Origin: an archaeon
GTDB taxonomy: Archaea; SpSt-1190; DYHY01
Length of the DNA: 64,000 bases
Direction of reading: 5' to 3'
Assembly: GCA_037442745.1 (NCBI GenBank)
Contig: JBBIPP010000003.1
Location: forward strand, 1-64,000
Part shown: positions 37,056 through 46,543 of the stretch, piece after piece
Layout: every line of letters begins with the position of its first letter
How positions within the stretch are numbered: the first letter of the stretch is position 1
Notes under the pieces: model-generated
Told to the model about the DNA's origin: nothing
Databases searched by the model: none
Seen by the model: the letters and a program-made list of their open reading frames with translations, nothing else
Made by a program: the position numbers and the translations under genes

Positions 37056-38000
37056 CTAGATCTTTACCCCCTCTATTGAGACGTTCGCAATTCTCTGCGG
37101 ATCGAAAACCTTGTCGCGAACCCTTGCCGCGAACCTCATACGGACAAGCCTCTTTGCGGGCCCGGGAATTGAGCCGTGGAGGAGTATTACATCCCCCTCA
37201 ACTTTTCCGTACCTGTTCGCGGAGCCGTTGAAAGTTGTTATTGAGAGGACGCGCTTGTTATAGTCGCACCTCTGGTGGTATCCCGTCTTCCCCCCCATTG
37301 GAGTCTGCCAAAGGACCCTTTTCGGCCTCCAGCTCCCGATGTTGGCTGGCCTTCTCCTTGACCGCTTGGTTTTGACTGACATCAGTGGAACGTTCATTCT
37401 TTGAATTGGCCCCAAGAACCCTCTTCCCTTGGATACTGCAAATACGTCCAGATAGTCCCCGACTGCCAGAACATCTGACGCCTTTAGCTCCTTTCCGACA
37501 AGCTCAATTGCCTGCTTTTTTTGGGCCTCTGCGTCTCCCGAGAGGGCGACTTCCATTATTTCTGGCTTTTTCTTTCCGAAACCTGCGAGTCTCGGTTGCA
37601 TTGACATTATTATGACAACGCGGTCGAATTCCTTGACTTCCTTTGGAGCCTTTTCGGCTTTTGGGAGGGGCCTTATTGTTCTTCCGAGATCCTTGTGGAG
37701 GTTGGGGGCAAACAACTGGCCGACGGCCTTTTCCTTGAGATAGAACCTCGCTCCAATAACCTTCACCGGGGGGACCTGGATTACTGTCACCGGCTCCTGC
37801 CTCGGCTGGTTGACAAGGGCGCTCTTGGGGTTGTTCTCAATGAGTTCGGCGTGCATTGTGGTAACTTTGTATCCGGCGAACCCGAGAACGGTTTTTCCGT
37901 CTCTTTCAACCCATGTGCGGATTCTTGGCACTTCGGATTTCGCCCTGTTTCTCGGGGCAAACTGCCTTGACCCGCGTCGAGGATGACTGAATTTTCCCAT
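37056..38000 (-). CDS. rpl3: Ribosomal protein uL3
   Basis: PRRGS, FAGYK, SKGRGF.G, GYHQR, GSIPG. Confidence 0.96.
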   Translation of the reverse strand: MGKFSHPRRGSRQFAPRNRAKSEVPRIRTWVERDGKTVLGFAGYKVTTMHAELIENNPKSALVNQPRQEPVTVIQVPPVKVIGARFYLKEKAVGQLFAPNLHKDLGRTIRPLPKAEKAPKEVKEFDRVVIIMSMQPRLAGFGKKKPEIMEVALSGDAEAQKKQAIELVGKELKASDVLAVGDYLDVFAVSKGRGFLGPIQRMNVPLMSVKTKRSRRRPANIGSWRPKRVLWQTPMGGKTGYHQRCDYNKRVLSITTFNGSANRYGKVEGDVILLHGSIPGPAKRLVRMRFAARVRDKVFDPQRIANVSIEGVKI

Positions 38001-38030
38001 TTTGCTTCAGGGGCAGGTTTCCTGCCACTC

Positions 38031-38038
38031 TTTATAAG
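38031..38038 (-). promoter_or_regulatory. TATA box of the ribosomal superoperon
   Basis: CTTATAAA ~30 nt upstream of the rpl3 ATG. Confidence 0.6.
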
Positions 38039-38076
38039 TATTCGTGGTTTTTAAAGGGTGGCGGGTTGCCTCCCTT

Positions 38077-38715
38077 TCACGCTTTTTCCTCAGAGACGCT
38101 CTCGTCCGCCTTCAGCCAGAGGTGGTAGAAGAACATGTACACCGCACGGAGGAACATTTCTATCAGGATCACTACCATAAGGAAGCTCCAGATTGTCGTT
38201 ATTCCGGTGACCGCATCAGTTATTCTTGGGAGTGCGTTTGAAAGCAGGTCAAGGTTCGGGTTTGAAAGGAACGTTGCGAGGAGGACTATTGGCAGGATTT
38301 TCGCTATTTCCGTCGAGAGCTCTTCTTTGTAATATGCCGCAATCCGAACTGCCGTTATTATTGCAATTGACAGTATGAAAATCTGGGTGGGCGCCTGGTT
38401 TGAGAGGACTAGGAGAATTCCCGAAATTGCGGCAAACCAGAGGAAAACAAGGAAGGGGAGGGCAAGCATGAACTTGAATATCCAGAAAAGCAGGCGGACG
38501 AACGCGCTTTTATGGGCAGTGTCAATCCTTACGAAATCCCGCTTGGACATTCCGCGGTAGAAATTGAACGCAATGAAGGAATACAGGAAAATCCCGGCAG
38601 AAAGAATGCCAATTTGCCTGAAAACCGGGAGAGTTGTCTCTGAGAATATCTGGGAGATTATTTTGGATACTATTGAAATGGATTTCTCAATTGCTATTGC
38701 GAATCCTGCGTCCAT
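38077..38715 (-). CDS. Hypothetical membrane protein (about 5 TM)
   Basis: Hydrophobic helices with AVRIAAYYKEELS.EIAKILP. Confidence 0.8.
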   Translation of the reverse strand: MDAGFAIAIEKSISIVSKIISQIFSETTLPVFRQIGILSAGIFLYSFIAFNFYRGMSKRDFVRIDTAHKSAFVRLLFWIFKFMLALPFLVFLWFAAISGILLVLSNQAPTQIFILSIAIITAVRIAAYYKEELSTEIAKILPIVLLATFLSNPNLDLLSNALPRITDAVTGITTIWSFLMVVILIEMFLRAVYMFFYHLWLKADESVSEEKA

Positions 38716-38765
38716 TTTGTTCTCTTATTTCGGGTGCTTCCGGATTTAAGTTTACTCATCGGGGT

Positions 38766-40286
38766 TCAGCCTTTGAGAACGCCCATTGGCCGGAGCTTTG
38801 CGACAACTCCGGCAATTCCCGCCCCTCCGGAGACTCGGGCGACTTCGTCAACATCCTTGTAGCTCTCCGGCGCCTCTTCGGCTATTGACCTCCGGGAGGC
38901 TGATTTGACAATAATCCCCCTGCCTTCAAGGGCTCGGACAATGTCATCCCCTCTGTTCCTCCGGAGAGACTCGCCCCTGCTCATTATTCTTCCTGCGCCG
39001 TGGGCGGTCGAGCTGAAGCTCTTCTCATGAGAAGTAGTTTTCCCCACAAGGACGAAGCTTCCGGTTCCCATGCTTCCTGGAAGTATTGCCGGCTGGCCGA
39101 CCGCGCGGTACTCCTCTGGGAGCTCCTTTCTTCCGGGGCCAAGAGCCCTAGTCGCCCCCTTCCTGTGAAGGTAGCATTTCCGCCCCGAGTGCTCTTCTAT
39201 TTTCGCAATGTTGTGACAGACGTCGTAGAGGAGGGTCATTCCGAGCTTTTCCGCATCCGCCCTGAAAACTTCGGAGAACGCGTCCCTTATTCCTGACGTT
39301 ATCTCCTGCCTGTTTGCGAAAGCGAAATTGACTGCTCCCGACATTGCCGAGAAATAACTTTCGCATTCCTTCGAGTGTGCGGGCGCATATGCTAGCTCCC
39401 TATCCGGGAGTCTTGAGAGCTCTTCTGGAAATTTCCCCTCAATTGCGCGCAAATAGTCTGAACATGTCTGGTGCCCCAGTCCCCTTGATCCGCAGTGAAC
39501 CATTATAACTGCCTGGCCTTCTTCGAAGGAGAATGCTTTCGCGCTCTTGGGGTCGAGAATTTCTGATACCCTTTGGATTTCCAGGAAATGGTTTCCTGCC
39601 CCTAGTGTCCCTAGCTGGTCTTTTCCCCGCTTTTTCGCATTGTCAGATACCTTGTCTGCGCGGGCGGAGGTCATTCTTCCTCTCTCCTCGCAAAATTTGG
39701 AATCCCCGCGAAGCAGGGGCTTGGAGAGTGCTTTTGAAAATATTCCCTCTTCCAGCACGCTGTCAATTTCCTTATTGGAAAGCTTTCTTTTCGATCCTCT
39801 TCCTACGCCGGAAGGCACCCTTTTGTTCAGGGCCTCGAGAAGGGGCTTTATTTTCTGGAAAACGTCCTCTGCCCGGAGGCAGGTTCTTATCAGACGGACA
39901 CCGCAATTGATGTCATAGCCGATTCCTCCGGGGGAAATTCCGCCTGTTTCAATGTCAAGGGCAGCAACACCCCCTATCGGAAACCCGTATCCCTCGTGGG
40001 CATCTGGCAGTGCAACAGGGGGCGCTACTAGGCCCGGTAGGGTTGAGATGTTTGAGAGTTGCCGAAGGGTCCGGTCGTTTCTCATTTTCTCTAAAAGAAG
40101 CTCGCTTGCAATCAGGCGCGAGTGGGAGTTCATCCCGGCAACGGCTCCTTTGGGAATAATCCATTCGAATTCCGATGCCCGCTCAATTGGAATATCTCTC
40201 GAATCGCTTGGAGTTTTCCGGCGGGGTTCCCGGCAGGGTTCCCGGCAGGGTTCTTTTTTGCTTTCGGTTGGGATGTTTGAATCCAT
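38766..40286 (-). CDS. rtcB: RNA-splicing ligase RtcB
   Basis: PDAHEGYGFPIGG, DINCG, GNHFLE, HNIA, HRKGA, HGAGR, EEAP..YK; no intein. Confidence 0.98.
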   Translation of the reverse strand: MDSNIPTESKKEPCREPCREPRRKTPSDSRDIPIERASEFEWIIPKGAVAGMNSHSRLIASELLLEKMRNDRTLRQLSNISTLPGLVAPPVALPDAHEGYGFPIGGVAALDIETGGISPGGIGYDINCGVRLIRTCLRAEDVFQKIKPLLEALNKRVPSGVGRGSKRKLSNKEIDSVLEEGIFSKALSKPLLRGDSKFCEERGRMTSARADKVSDNAKKRGKDQLGTLGAGNHFLEIQRVSEILDPKSAKAFSFEEGQAVIMVHCGSRGLGHQTCSDYLRAIEGKFPEELSRLPDRELAYAPAHSKECESYFSAMSGAVNFAFANRQEITSGIRDAFSEVFRADAEKLGMTLLYDVCHNIAKIEEHSGRKCYLHRKGATRALGPGRKELPEEYRAVGQPAILPGSMGTGSFVLVGKTTSHEKSFSSTAHGAGRIMSRGESLRRNRGDDIVRALEGRGIIVKSASRRSIAEEAPESYKDVDEVARVSGGAGIAGVVAKLRPMGVLKG

Positions 40287-40358
40287 TTGTGTTTTCGGAC
40301 AATGAGGAACGTGGCTATAAGGGTTTCTTTATTCCGTAGCGGTGCGCCCGACCATCAG

Positions 40359-40820
40359 TCAGATGTCAAGTAACGCTCTGCAGACAACTGACCCGTCCTT
40401 TTTGCGAACAACTGACATTCCGTGATATGTGACTGCCTTGACAATGTATATTGCTTCGTGCTTTTTCTCGGAAATCCGCTCGCCGTATGCGATGCAGTCG
40501 AACTCGCCAGCTTTTCTTTTCTTGACCGAGAACTTGGAGAAAAACATCCTTTCAGAATCCGCGAGGAAAATGAGCCTGTCCAAAAAGTCGTAGAGAACGG
40601 TTATCTCGTCGCCCCTTGGGGAGATTGTGAATTTCCTCTTTTTATTCGGGGAAACGAGCGAGAGATTCGTCATTCCCGAGAATGCCGCGAGCCCCGCGTT
40701 TTCAAGGGCAGTTTCAAAGTCTTTTCCGTTCGACTCGAACTCGAGATCGGTAGTGTGCCTGAGGAACCGGAACCTACTTTCTCTTTTTCCTTTTCGGCTT
40801 GAGCTTGGCTTTTTCTTCAA
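40359..40820 (-). CDS. Archease
   Basis: HTTD, VKAVTYH, C-terminal LDI; adjacent to rtcB; only TTG starts (40820 or 40844). Confidence 0.92.
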   Translation of the reverse strand: MKKKPSSSRKGKRESRFRFLRHTTDLEFESNGKDFETALENAGLAAFSGMTNLSLVSPNKKRKFTISPRGDEITVLYDFLDRLIFLADSERMFFSKFSVKKRKAGEFDCIAYGERISEKKHEAIYIVKAVTYHGMSVVRKKDGSVVCRALLDI

Positions 40821-41352
40821 TTTTTTCCGCCTCCCCTGCAACAACGTCCGCTATTTTTTCAGTATATCTTGAGAGGTGCTTGTAGAACACCTTTCCCGAA
40901 TCCCAAAAGAGCGAAAGCGAGAAAATCAGGAATGCGAAAAATATTATTGTCGCAAGAGTAGGACCGGCAACTGGTATAAGGGCAATTGTTCCGGGAATTA
41001 TTGGGGTGAGGACTATCAGGAAAACCGCAATAACAACTTTCTTTATTGCCTTTCTGAAATTCGCTCCCTCGCCTTCGCGCGCAAGCCCGGTTGAGGTGAG
41101 TAAAAGTTCGGAGATCCCTTCCGCAAGTGAAACGAGGTCTTTTGAAACGGATATTGCGAAATATCCAATCACAATTATCATTGAGATTATTATCATAAAG
41201 CCTGCTGACATGTGGGAACCGGGTATTGCTGCGCCCATGCTCTGGACTGCTGGGGAAATGAGCGTTGCAATGAACCAGATTGAGAACATTACCGCAAGGT
41301 TGAGCATTATTCTCGGGAGCTTTTTGCGAAGTTTTTCGGAAAGTTTCTGCAT
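40774..41352 (-). CDS. Hypothetical membrane protein (about 4 TM)
   Basis: Hydrophobic part of the 342-aa ORF; ATG 41352 with TAAATAT upstream. Confidence 0.75.
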   Translation of the reverse strand: MQKLSEKLRKKLPRIMLNLAVMFSIWFIATLISPAVQSMGAAIPGSHMSAGFMIIISMIIVIGYFAISVSKDLVSLAEGISELLLTSTGLAREGEGANFRKAIKKVVIAVFLIVLTPIIPGTIALIPVAGPTLATIIFFAFLIFSLSLFWDSGKVFYKHLSRYTEKIADVVAGEAEKIEEKAKLKPKRKKRK

Positions 41353-41387
41353 CGGTTGATTGTTGGGGAGAGGATATTTAGAGTTTT

Positions 41388-41747
41388 CTAGACTCCGCTG
41401 GTCCGGGTCCTTATTAGTGGATTGTATAATCGGAAGCTCGGAAGAGAGGGTACGAGGTTCCCTATTGGGGCCCCCTCCCCGTCCGGAGACGCCCCCGAGA
41501 CAAGGGCGCTCCCCGGAACGGGGAAGAAAGCTGACAAGGGGACTTGGGAGCGCTCGGCTGGGTTTACAATCGAGACTGTCCCGCAAGAGGAGCACTGGTG
41601 CACCCTTGTCTTGTTTCGGCTGATTCGTGTTTCCGAACCGCCTCTGCCACATCCAAAGAGGCTTGTGGTTGTGGAGGAACCTCCAACTAGCCAATACTTG
41701 CCGCATTTCCTGCAAGACTGGAGTTGGGTTGTTTCCATTCCAGACAT
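41388..41747 (-). CDS. Putative small zinc-ribbon protein
   Basis: CRKCG and CSSCG; overlaps a highly structured region. Confidence 0.45.
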   Translation of the reverse strand: MSGMETTQLQSCRKCGKYWLVGGSSTTTSLFGCGRGGSETRISRNKTRVHQCSSCGTVSIVNPAERSQVPLSAFFPVPGSALVSGASPDGEGAPIGNLVPSLPSFRLYNPLIRTRTSGV

Positions 41748-41952
41748 TGTCCTGTCCGGGCATATAGGGAATTGGAGGGAGGAGTTTTCCGGTATTCGGC
41801 AAGGATTGTTGTTATTTTGCCTGATATTGTGGATCTGTCGTTGAAGTGTGGCAGAGGCGTAGCAGAGGTCTGAACTCGGACGAAGGAAATCTGGCTCAAG
41901 TCAGGCAGAATTGAGAAATTAATTTATTCGTTGATTTCTGTTTTCCTGCTGA

Positions 41953-42492
41953 ATGGAAATTCCCGAGCCCGGAGAAATCTACGACCCTTCGGAAGATTCC
42001 GCCCTTCTTGTGGGAGAAATCCTCTCCGGAAAATATTCGGGGGAGACTGCGTGCGACATGGGGACTGGCTCAGGAATTGTCGCAAAGGCTCTCGCAAAAT
42101 TCTTCGGGAGAGTTGTTGCAGTTGACATAAATCCGAGGGCACGGGAATCGTTCTCTTGGGAGGATGCGGAAAAAATCTCCTTTGTTGAAAGCGACATGTT
42201 CTCAAAAGTCAGGAAGGAAAAGTTCGACCTGATTGCATTCAATTCCCCATACCTTCCGGGGTTCGAAGACAGGAGGTGGTCTTGCGGGGACGGGGAAGTG
42301 CTTGTCCGGTTCCTCTCGGATGCAAAAGAGTTCCTCTCTGAAACAGGCGAAATCCTTTTTCTGGTCTCATCCCTTACGCCGGAAACCGTTCTTTCTGAGG
42401 CGAGAAAACTCTACGCAGTGTCAATTGCGTCCGAAATGCGGCTCCCGGGGTTTGAGACGCTCTTCCTCCTGAGGCTTTCCCCTATCAAGTGA
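41953..42492 (+). CDS. HemK2/PrmC family methyltransferase
   Basis: YDPSEDS.LL, DMGTGSG, NSPY (NPPY-like). Confidence 0.9.
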   Translation: MEIPEPGEIYDPSEDSALLVGEILSGKYSGETACDMGTGSGIVAKALAKFFGRVVAVDINPRARESFSWEDAEKISFVESDMFSKVRKEKFDLIAFNSPYLPGFEDRRWSCGDGEVLVRFLSDAKEFLSETGEILFLVSSLTPETVLSEARKLYAVSIASEMRLPGFETLFLLRLSPIK

Positions 42493-44107
42493 CGTTATAG
42501 AAAACGAACCCCTCGGGCGACCTTGAAACAACCCGGTCAGAGAATGTTTCCGAAATTCTCCTGCATTGGCCCTCCTCGAACGGGGGGACTGTGCACCAAA
42601 AACCGTAATCGAATACAATGCAGGGATTTCCCTCACGTATTCTGGCCGAGAGCTCGGGATTTTCAATATACCAGGGCTGCGCTGTCGAATAGCCCTCATT
42701 CGCATATAGCGAGGTTACGTGGCTCACAATTAGGCACTCATTCGGAAGGTTCCCCCTTGAAATCTCTAGGAGCGCATAATCCCTGTAATCCCGTGCCATT
42801 TTGGCTTCAGCAATTTCCGGGCCCTGTCTTGAAACTTGGGGGAATGCGTAATAGAAGGAGGATACTATCAGGAAGACTGCGAGAATTATTGCGCCGTTTC
42901 TGGAAAGAAGTCTCCCAAAGGCTCCTGCGAGGAGGGCGAGAGCCGGATAATATGAGAGGGCATATCTCACGTCCGCCCCGTATTTGACGCTTCCCGCATA
43001 GAAAAAGCAATAGAGGAGGAAGAAGGAGAGGAACGCTACTGAAAGGAAAATTGCTTGTTTTGGGAGGAAGAGCCCCTTTTTCGGGACAAGCATTGTCGCA
43101 AGCCCGACAAGGGAGAATATTGTTAGGGAAATCGGGTGGACTGATACTTCCGGATAGCCGAAAAGGAGGAATTTCGAATTAACGGGGAATATTTGAAGAA
43201 AATTGTCTATTGAGAATTTATCGAGATCTCCTGCTCCCCAATCGCTTCCCTTTCCAGCAATTGATATGTGGATTAGCGCTATTGAGGACAAGGCAAGGGC
43301 GAGCGCAATGGAGAGAGAAAGGTGGAGGATGTTCGCCGGAAGGCTGGCCCGCCTCCATGGGTAGAACAGAAGGGCTCCGAGATAGAAAATCGGGAAGAAT
43401 AGGATTCCTTCCGCCTTTGTCTGGACGAGGAAGGAGAGGGCTGTTGAGAAGAGGAAAAGAGCCCTAAGGGAGCCGGTCTCCCTGAAAAGCATCAGGGTGG
43501 CAAGCGAGAGGAGAAAGAAGAAGAGCATTGTCGGTTCGGCCGCGGCAGTCATTGACCATTCGATGAAAACTGGAACTGCGGAGAGCGCTCCGGCCGAGAC
43601 TATTCCCGCTGACTCTTTTCCGAATAGAAGGGTCCCAGAGACGAACGCGAGAAAAATCGAGAGGGCGGGAAATATTGTCGAGATTATTAGTTGCCCCCTC
43701 TCCGCTCCGAACAGGGAGACGGCCCAGCCAAGGACGAACGGATGCGACGATGGCGCCTTGTTCATTATGCAGTCGACGCAGTCGCCCTTCTCGGCATAGT
43801 TGCACATGCATGCCTGCATTCTCTCGGCAATGTTCTTTCCGGTGTTCAGATACAAGTCCTCGTCAAAAAATATCCTGCTTGTGAGGGGGACGAATGCCGC
43901 CCTGAAGGCAATGAATATCAGGATTATTGCGAATATTGCCGCTGCGCCCTTCCTCGACACTTTTCTCCTCAGAACCTTGTATGCGAGGCCGGAGGAAAGA
44001 GTCAGGAGGATGACAGTTATCGCGAGACCGGCATAGAGGAGAATCGGCTCTCCCCGAATTATCAAGGTTTTTTCGAATTCCGTTGCCGGAAAAAGCTCCC
44101 CAGTCAC
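42485..44107 (-). CDS. GT-C fold (PMT/ArnT-like) membrane glycosyltransferase
   Basis: About 12 TMs, FFDEDLY first-loop acidic pair, DVRY. Confidence 0.75.
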   Translation of the reverse strand: MTGELFPATEFEKTLIIRGEPILLYAGLAITVILLTLSSGLAYKVLRRKVSRKGAAAIFAIILIFIAFRAAFVPLTSRIFFDEDLYLNTGKNIAERMQACMCNYAEKGDCVDCIMNKAPSSHPFVLGWAVSLFGAERGQLIISTIFPALSIFLAFVSGTLLFGKESAGIVSAGALSAVPVFIEWSMTAAAEPTMLFFFLLSLATLMLFRETGSLRALFLFSTALSFLVQTKAEGILFFPIFYLGALLFYPWRRASLPANILHLSLSIALALALSSIALIHISIAGKGSDWGAGDLDKFSIDNFLQIFPVNSKFLLFGYPEVSVHPISLTIFSLVGLATMLVPKKGLFLPKQAIFLSVAFLSFFLLYCFFYAGSVKYGADVRYALSYYPALALLAGAFGRLLSRNGAIILAVFLIVSSFYYAFPQVSRQGPEIAEAKMARDYRDYALLEISRGNLPNECLIVSHVTSLYANEGYSTAQPWYIENPELSARIREGNPCIVFDYGFWCTVPPFEEGQCRRISETFSDRVVSRSPEGFVFYNVT

Positions 44108-45828
44108 CTGCGTTTCCCGGTCCCTTTTAGCTCAATATGTATCCCTTCGGCGAACATATGGCGAGTCTTTGTGCGCTCCTGCATTTCGAGGGCTTCCCTG
44201 ATATTTGAGACTATCGGGTCCCCGTGGTAGTTGAAGCTAGTGTTAAGGACGGCTCCCGTTCCGGTGGATTTCTTGACTGTTGATATCAGGCGCATGTACT
44301 CTGGGTTCTCAGACCCGACCATCTGGGGGCGGGCGGACATATCGACGTGTATTGCGGCCGCAAGCCTTTTCTCCCCGAGGAGGGAGCAGGAATATCCCAT
44401 TGTCATGAATTTGTCCTCTATTCCGTCATAGTCCGTGAAAAGCTTCTTCGCTTCGGTCGCGAGTATTGACGGACAGAAGGGTTGATACCAATTCCTCTCC
44501 TTTATCCTCAGGTTGAGCTTGTTTTTCACGTCAATGGAGTCCGCGGGCGCGACAATGCTCCTGTTGCCAAGCGCCCTTGGGCCGTATTCCATCCTTCCCT
44601 GGAAGAGGAAGAAATAATCGTTCTCCTTTGAGAGGATTTCGGAGGCCTCCTTCTGCCACCTTCCCTTGCGGTTGACGGACCAGGAGAATTTGTTCTTGTT
44701 TTTCTCGAGGAAATCAATTATTTCGCCCTGTCCGTTTGGGCCGGGCCCGAAATAGACTGATTTCAGTTTTTTCTTCTGGGGATTTCCGGCAACGAAAAGC
44801 GCGGCACCCAGGGCTAGCCCGCCGTCCCCCATATGAGGGAAAACGAACCAGTCCTTCAAGGACAGTTCTGAGCGTATTCTCTGGTTGAGCTTGATGTTTG
44901 ATGCAATCCCTCCCGACCACGAAATTCCCTTCGCGCCAGTCTCCTCCTGCGCATTCGAAAAAAGTCTCAGTATGTTCTTCTCGAGGGTCTCTTGGACCAT
45001 TCTTGCGAAATCCTCTGGCGGAGTCCTCCATGCTAGGCGCTCTAGGAAATTGTACTGCGCTATCGGGTTCAGCTTGGCCTTGATTGAGAGGCCGTCGACT
45101 GAGAAGAGCCCTTCCATCCTGTTCCCTGTCTTGTGGGAATAGTCGGCCAAACTCATCAGTTTCCCCTCGTCTTCGAGTTCCCTCATCCCGAGGACTGTTG
45201 TCGCCTGCTCGAAGAAGATTCCTATGGAATTCCCGGCAGAAGTCTCGCCTATTCTGGCGATTTTTCCGTCCGCGCAATAGTTGACAGTTGATGAGACTCC
45301 GTCGCCCAAACCGTCCATTGTTATGCAAACTGACTCGTCCATTCCGGAGGTGTGGTATGCCGCGGCTGCGTGGGCAACGTGGTGGTCAACGGAATGGAGC
45401 CTGAATTTTTTGAATCCCGCTTTCCTGAGAGTCCTTGTAATGTGCGCCCTGTTGACCGCTTTCAGGACGCCTCTTGGCTCTGTCGGCTGGCCGAGAGTGA
45501 ACTTGAGATATCTCTGCAAATTGTGGAAACGTGGGCGGTCGATTTTCCTTCTCCTGAAAAGGTAGTATTTGTCGGCAATTATTGGAAAAACCCGGGAGGC
45601 TGTCTTTGTCCAGTCAGTTGTCGAGAAAGCAATGTCTGTCACATCCTCTTTTTCCGCGTGCGCGAGTTCTAGGCACGCCCCTATTGATAGGTGGGGGAAC
45701 CCCGAGTGGAGCTTTTTCCTTGATAGGCGCTCCTCGTTCACTGCCGAGAGTATTTTCCCGCCATAGTCTGTCAGCGCAGCGCCAGCGTCATGCCCGTCCC
45801 ATATTCCGAGAATTTTTCCTTCCGCCAT
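44104..45828 (-). CDS. Carbamoyltransferase (NodU/CmcH/TobZ family)
   Basis: GHDAG, EERLSRKK, HHVAHA, DGLGD, EGKLM, GDGG, MEYGPRALGNRS, RPQ, NTSFN. Confidence 0.96.
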   Translation of the reverse strand: MAEGKILGIWDGHDAGAALTDYGGKILSAVNEERLSRKKLHSGFPHLSIGACLELAHAEKEDVTDIAFSTTDWTKTASRVFPIIADKYYLFRRRKIDRPRFHNLQRYLKFTLGQPTEPRGVLKAVNRAHITRTLRKAGFKKFRLHSVDHHVAHAAAAYHTSGMDESVCITMDGLGDGVSSTVNYCADGKIARIGETSAGNSIGIFFEQATTVLGMRELEDEGKLMSLADYSHKTGNRMEGLFSVDGLSIKAKLNPIAQYNFLERLAWRTPPEDFARMVQETLEKNILRLFSNAQEETGAKGISWSGGIASNIKLNQRIRSELSLKDWFVFPHMGDGGLALGAALFVAGNPQKKKLKSVYFGPGPNGQGEIIDFLEKNKNKFSWSVNRKGRWQKEASEILSKENDYFFLFQGRMEYGPRALGNRSIVAPADSIDVKNKLNLRIKERNWYQPFCPSILATEAKKLFTDYDGIEDKFMTMGYSCSLLGEKRLAAAIHVDMSARPQMVGSENPEYMRLISTVKKSTGTGAVLNTSFNYHGDPIVSNIREALEMQERTKTRHMFAEGIHIELKGTGKRR

Positions 45829-46539
45829 TTATCTTGAAAACGCCTCCTTTGCAATTGTCCGGAGTATTATAAATCCATCCCTGAAAGTCCGGAGATTCCC
45901 TTCCCCGTGGAGCCTGAGCTTTTCATAGCTTGGGACCTCGCAGATTTTCATTCTCTCCTTTGCCGCAAGTATTGATATCTCAGTCTCAATTCCGAACCCC
46001 CCGCTAGCGAGCTTTGGAGAAAGGGTTCGGGCCGCTTTGCGGGAGAACGCCCTGTATCCGTAGCAGAGATCTGTGTATTTCGTCCCCCAAATAAGGTTCA
46101 CGAGGAAAACGAATAACTTGTTTCCGAGAAAGCGAAGGACTGTAATGTCTCCGCTCCCGCCTCCCTGAATGAACCGTGAGCCCATCACGACGTCAAACCC
46201 CCGTTTTTCTATCCGCTCGACCATCCTGTTTATTTCTTCCGCTGAATGGGAGAAATCTGCATCCATTATCACTATTGTCCTCCCGCGAGAGGCTTCAAGG
46301 CCCTTCTTTATCGCGGCACCCTTGCCAATTGAGTCGTATATTATTCTCGCTCCTTTTTTCCTTGCAAAGGAAACTGTCCCGTCCCTAGAATGTCCGTCGA
46401 CAACAATTATCTCGCAGTCCTTTTCCTTGACCGATTTCGAGATGTCTTCAAAGACTCTCGGGAGGTTCCTCTCCTCGTTTAGGGTAGGTATTACTATTGA
46501 GAGCCGGGGAAGTTTTCGCTTTTTTGCCATATTTTCCAT
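45829..46539 (-). CDS. GT2, dolichol-phosphate glycosyltransferase-like
   Basis: IPTLNE, VDGHS.DGT, MDADFSH, GSRF. Confidence 0.92.
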   Translation of the reverse strand: MENMAKKRKLPRLSIVIPTLNEERNLPRVFEDISKSVKEKDCEIIVVDGHSRDGTVSFARKKGARIIYDSIGKGAAIKKGLEASRGRTIVIMDADFSHSAEEINRMVERIEKRGFDVVMGSRFIQGGGSGDITVLRFLGNKLFVFLVNLIWGTKYTDLCYGYRAFSRKAARTLSPKLASGGFGIETEISILAAKERMKICEVPSYEKLRLHGEGNLRTFRDGFIILRTIAKEAFSR

Positions 46540-46543
46540 TTTT

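Noticed and set aside
41430-41470. Hairpin loosely like group II intron domain V
   Set aside because: No GNRA-capped inner stem, domain VI or RT ORF
41672-41690. GGAGGAACCTCC resembling RNase P RNA CR-I
   Set aside because: No matching CR-V (ACAGAA..GGCTTA) or P4 partner at a workable distance on either strand
40774-41802. 342-aa ORF as one protein
   Set aside because: The N-terminal 150 codons look non-coding, and a promoter-like box precedes ATG 41352
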